Below, in pieces: positions 63,113 to 64,000 of a stretch of DNA of 64,000 nucleotides (its first letter is position 1; each line of letters begins with the position of its first letter). The DNA is from Lama glama (taxonomy: Eukaryota). Where the stretch lies: positions 31,870,001 through 31,934,000 of the forward strand of contig CM052818.1 in NCBI GenBank assembly GCA_028534125.1. The letters are read 5' to 3'. A model generated the notes under the pieces. The model was not told where the DNA came from, did not search any database, and worked only from the letters and a program-made list of their open reading frames with translations. The position numbers and the translations under genes are program-made.

Positions 63113-64000
63113 TATTCTGACCACAGGGAGGAAGAAAAAGCTCTGTACCTTCATTTTCAGTTAGGTATAACAGGAAGACTCATAATTCCTTATCTCTTAT
63201 GAAAATGGCATGGAATAAATGCGCTGTAATATTATTTGAGGATAGAAATGCTAGAGGTTCCTGGAGTCTCAGATGGAAAGGCCATTTCTTCCTTATGTCA
63301 GTATGTTTTGACTGTCAATACACACTCCATAGTAAAGCCACTAAATTTTCCTACCAAGTATTTCAAATTTTTCCTACCTTCTCAGCTTCTGAATCAAATT
63401 AGAGCAAAAGAGAGTATCAAGGTTTGCCTTAAACTCTCGTTGTTATTTATTATTCGTTGGCTGCCAGCAGGGTTCTCAGACCCTTTTGCTACACAAAAAG
63501 ACATGGGTCACAATTGCTTGTTTCCTTGTTACCACTTGATTTACCCCCTCACCAGCCCAGCCTGAATGATGGCTGCTTTTTTATTTGGCTTAGATCACAG
63601 TGTTTTCAGAAGTTTGTCTAATGGGAAGATTTTCTTTCTTTTTTTTCTTTCTTCTTTTTTTTTTTTTAAACCATACTTGCTAAGTTTTATTTCACTTTAT
63701 TATTCATAGAAATAATTATAAAAACTAATTTTAAAAGTGTGTTATTTCAACAGATATATTATGTATGATGGAACTAGTATGTTGTAAATGAATATATAAT
63801 TATCATAGAGTATTTTTCAACAAGAATTCTTCATAATTTCTCATCAGTTGTTTCTTCTACCAACTTTCATGTTGAGAATCTGTGTGTTGATTCCAGATTA
63901 ATGGGGAGATTTTCTTTACTAAGAGAACTGAATAAGCTACATTGCCTTTGTGCTCTTTCGAAAGATAAAACAAATGGAATTTTGCCTGCTATGATTTGAA

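Noticed and set aside
1..64000. Prokaryotic-type systems (CRISPR, operons, IS elements, rRNA)
   Set aside because: The sequence is mammalian and repeat-dominated. I saw no repeat-spacer arrays, dense ORFs or rRNA-like segments.

Overview
Mammalian genomic DNA, most likely camelid (camel/alpaca/llama). The evidence is a tRNA-Ala(AGC)-derived Vic-1-type SINE and L1 3' UTRs resembling camelid subfamilies. The window is intronic or intergenic and repeat-rich, and I cannot identify any host protein-coding gene. Nearly all ORFs in the track are L1 fragments, antisense L1 frames, N-gap artefacts or chance ORFs. It holds a decayed near-full-length L1 (about 190-5285, +), several 5'-truncated L1s with target-site duplications (TSDs), old L1M/L2/MIR copies, MaLR/ERVL solo LTRs, hAT MITEs (MER5A, MER5A1, MER5B, MER53), microsatellites and two assembly gaps. 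The most interesting element is a young 3.1 kb L1 (38593-41673, -). It has a perfect 15 bp TSD, complete 5' UTR, near-intact ORF1 and a polyA tail, but lacks almost all of ORF2. The missing interval maps to a GT...AG segment in the paralogous L1 in this window, so it may be a spliced retrocopy or a HAL1-like ORF1-only element. Repeat family names come from my recall of consensus sequences, not from a database search, and boundaries of old repeats are approximate.
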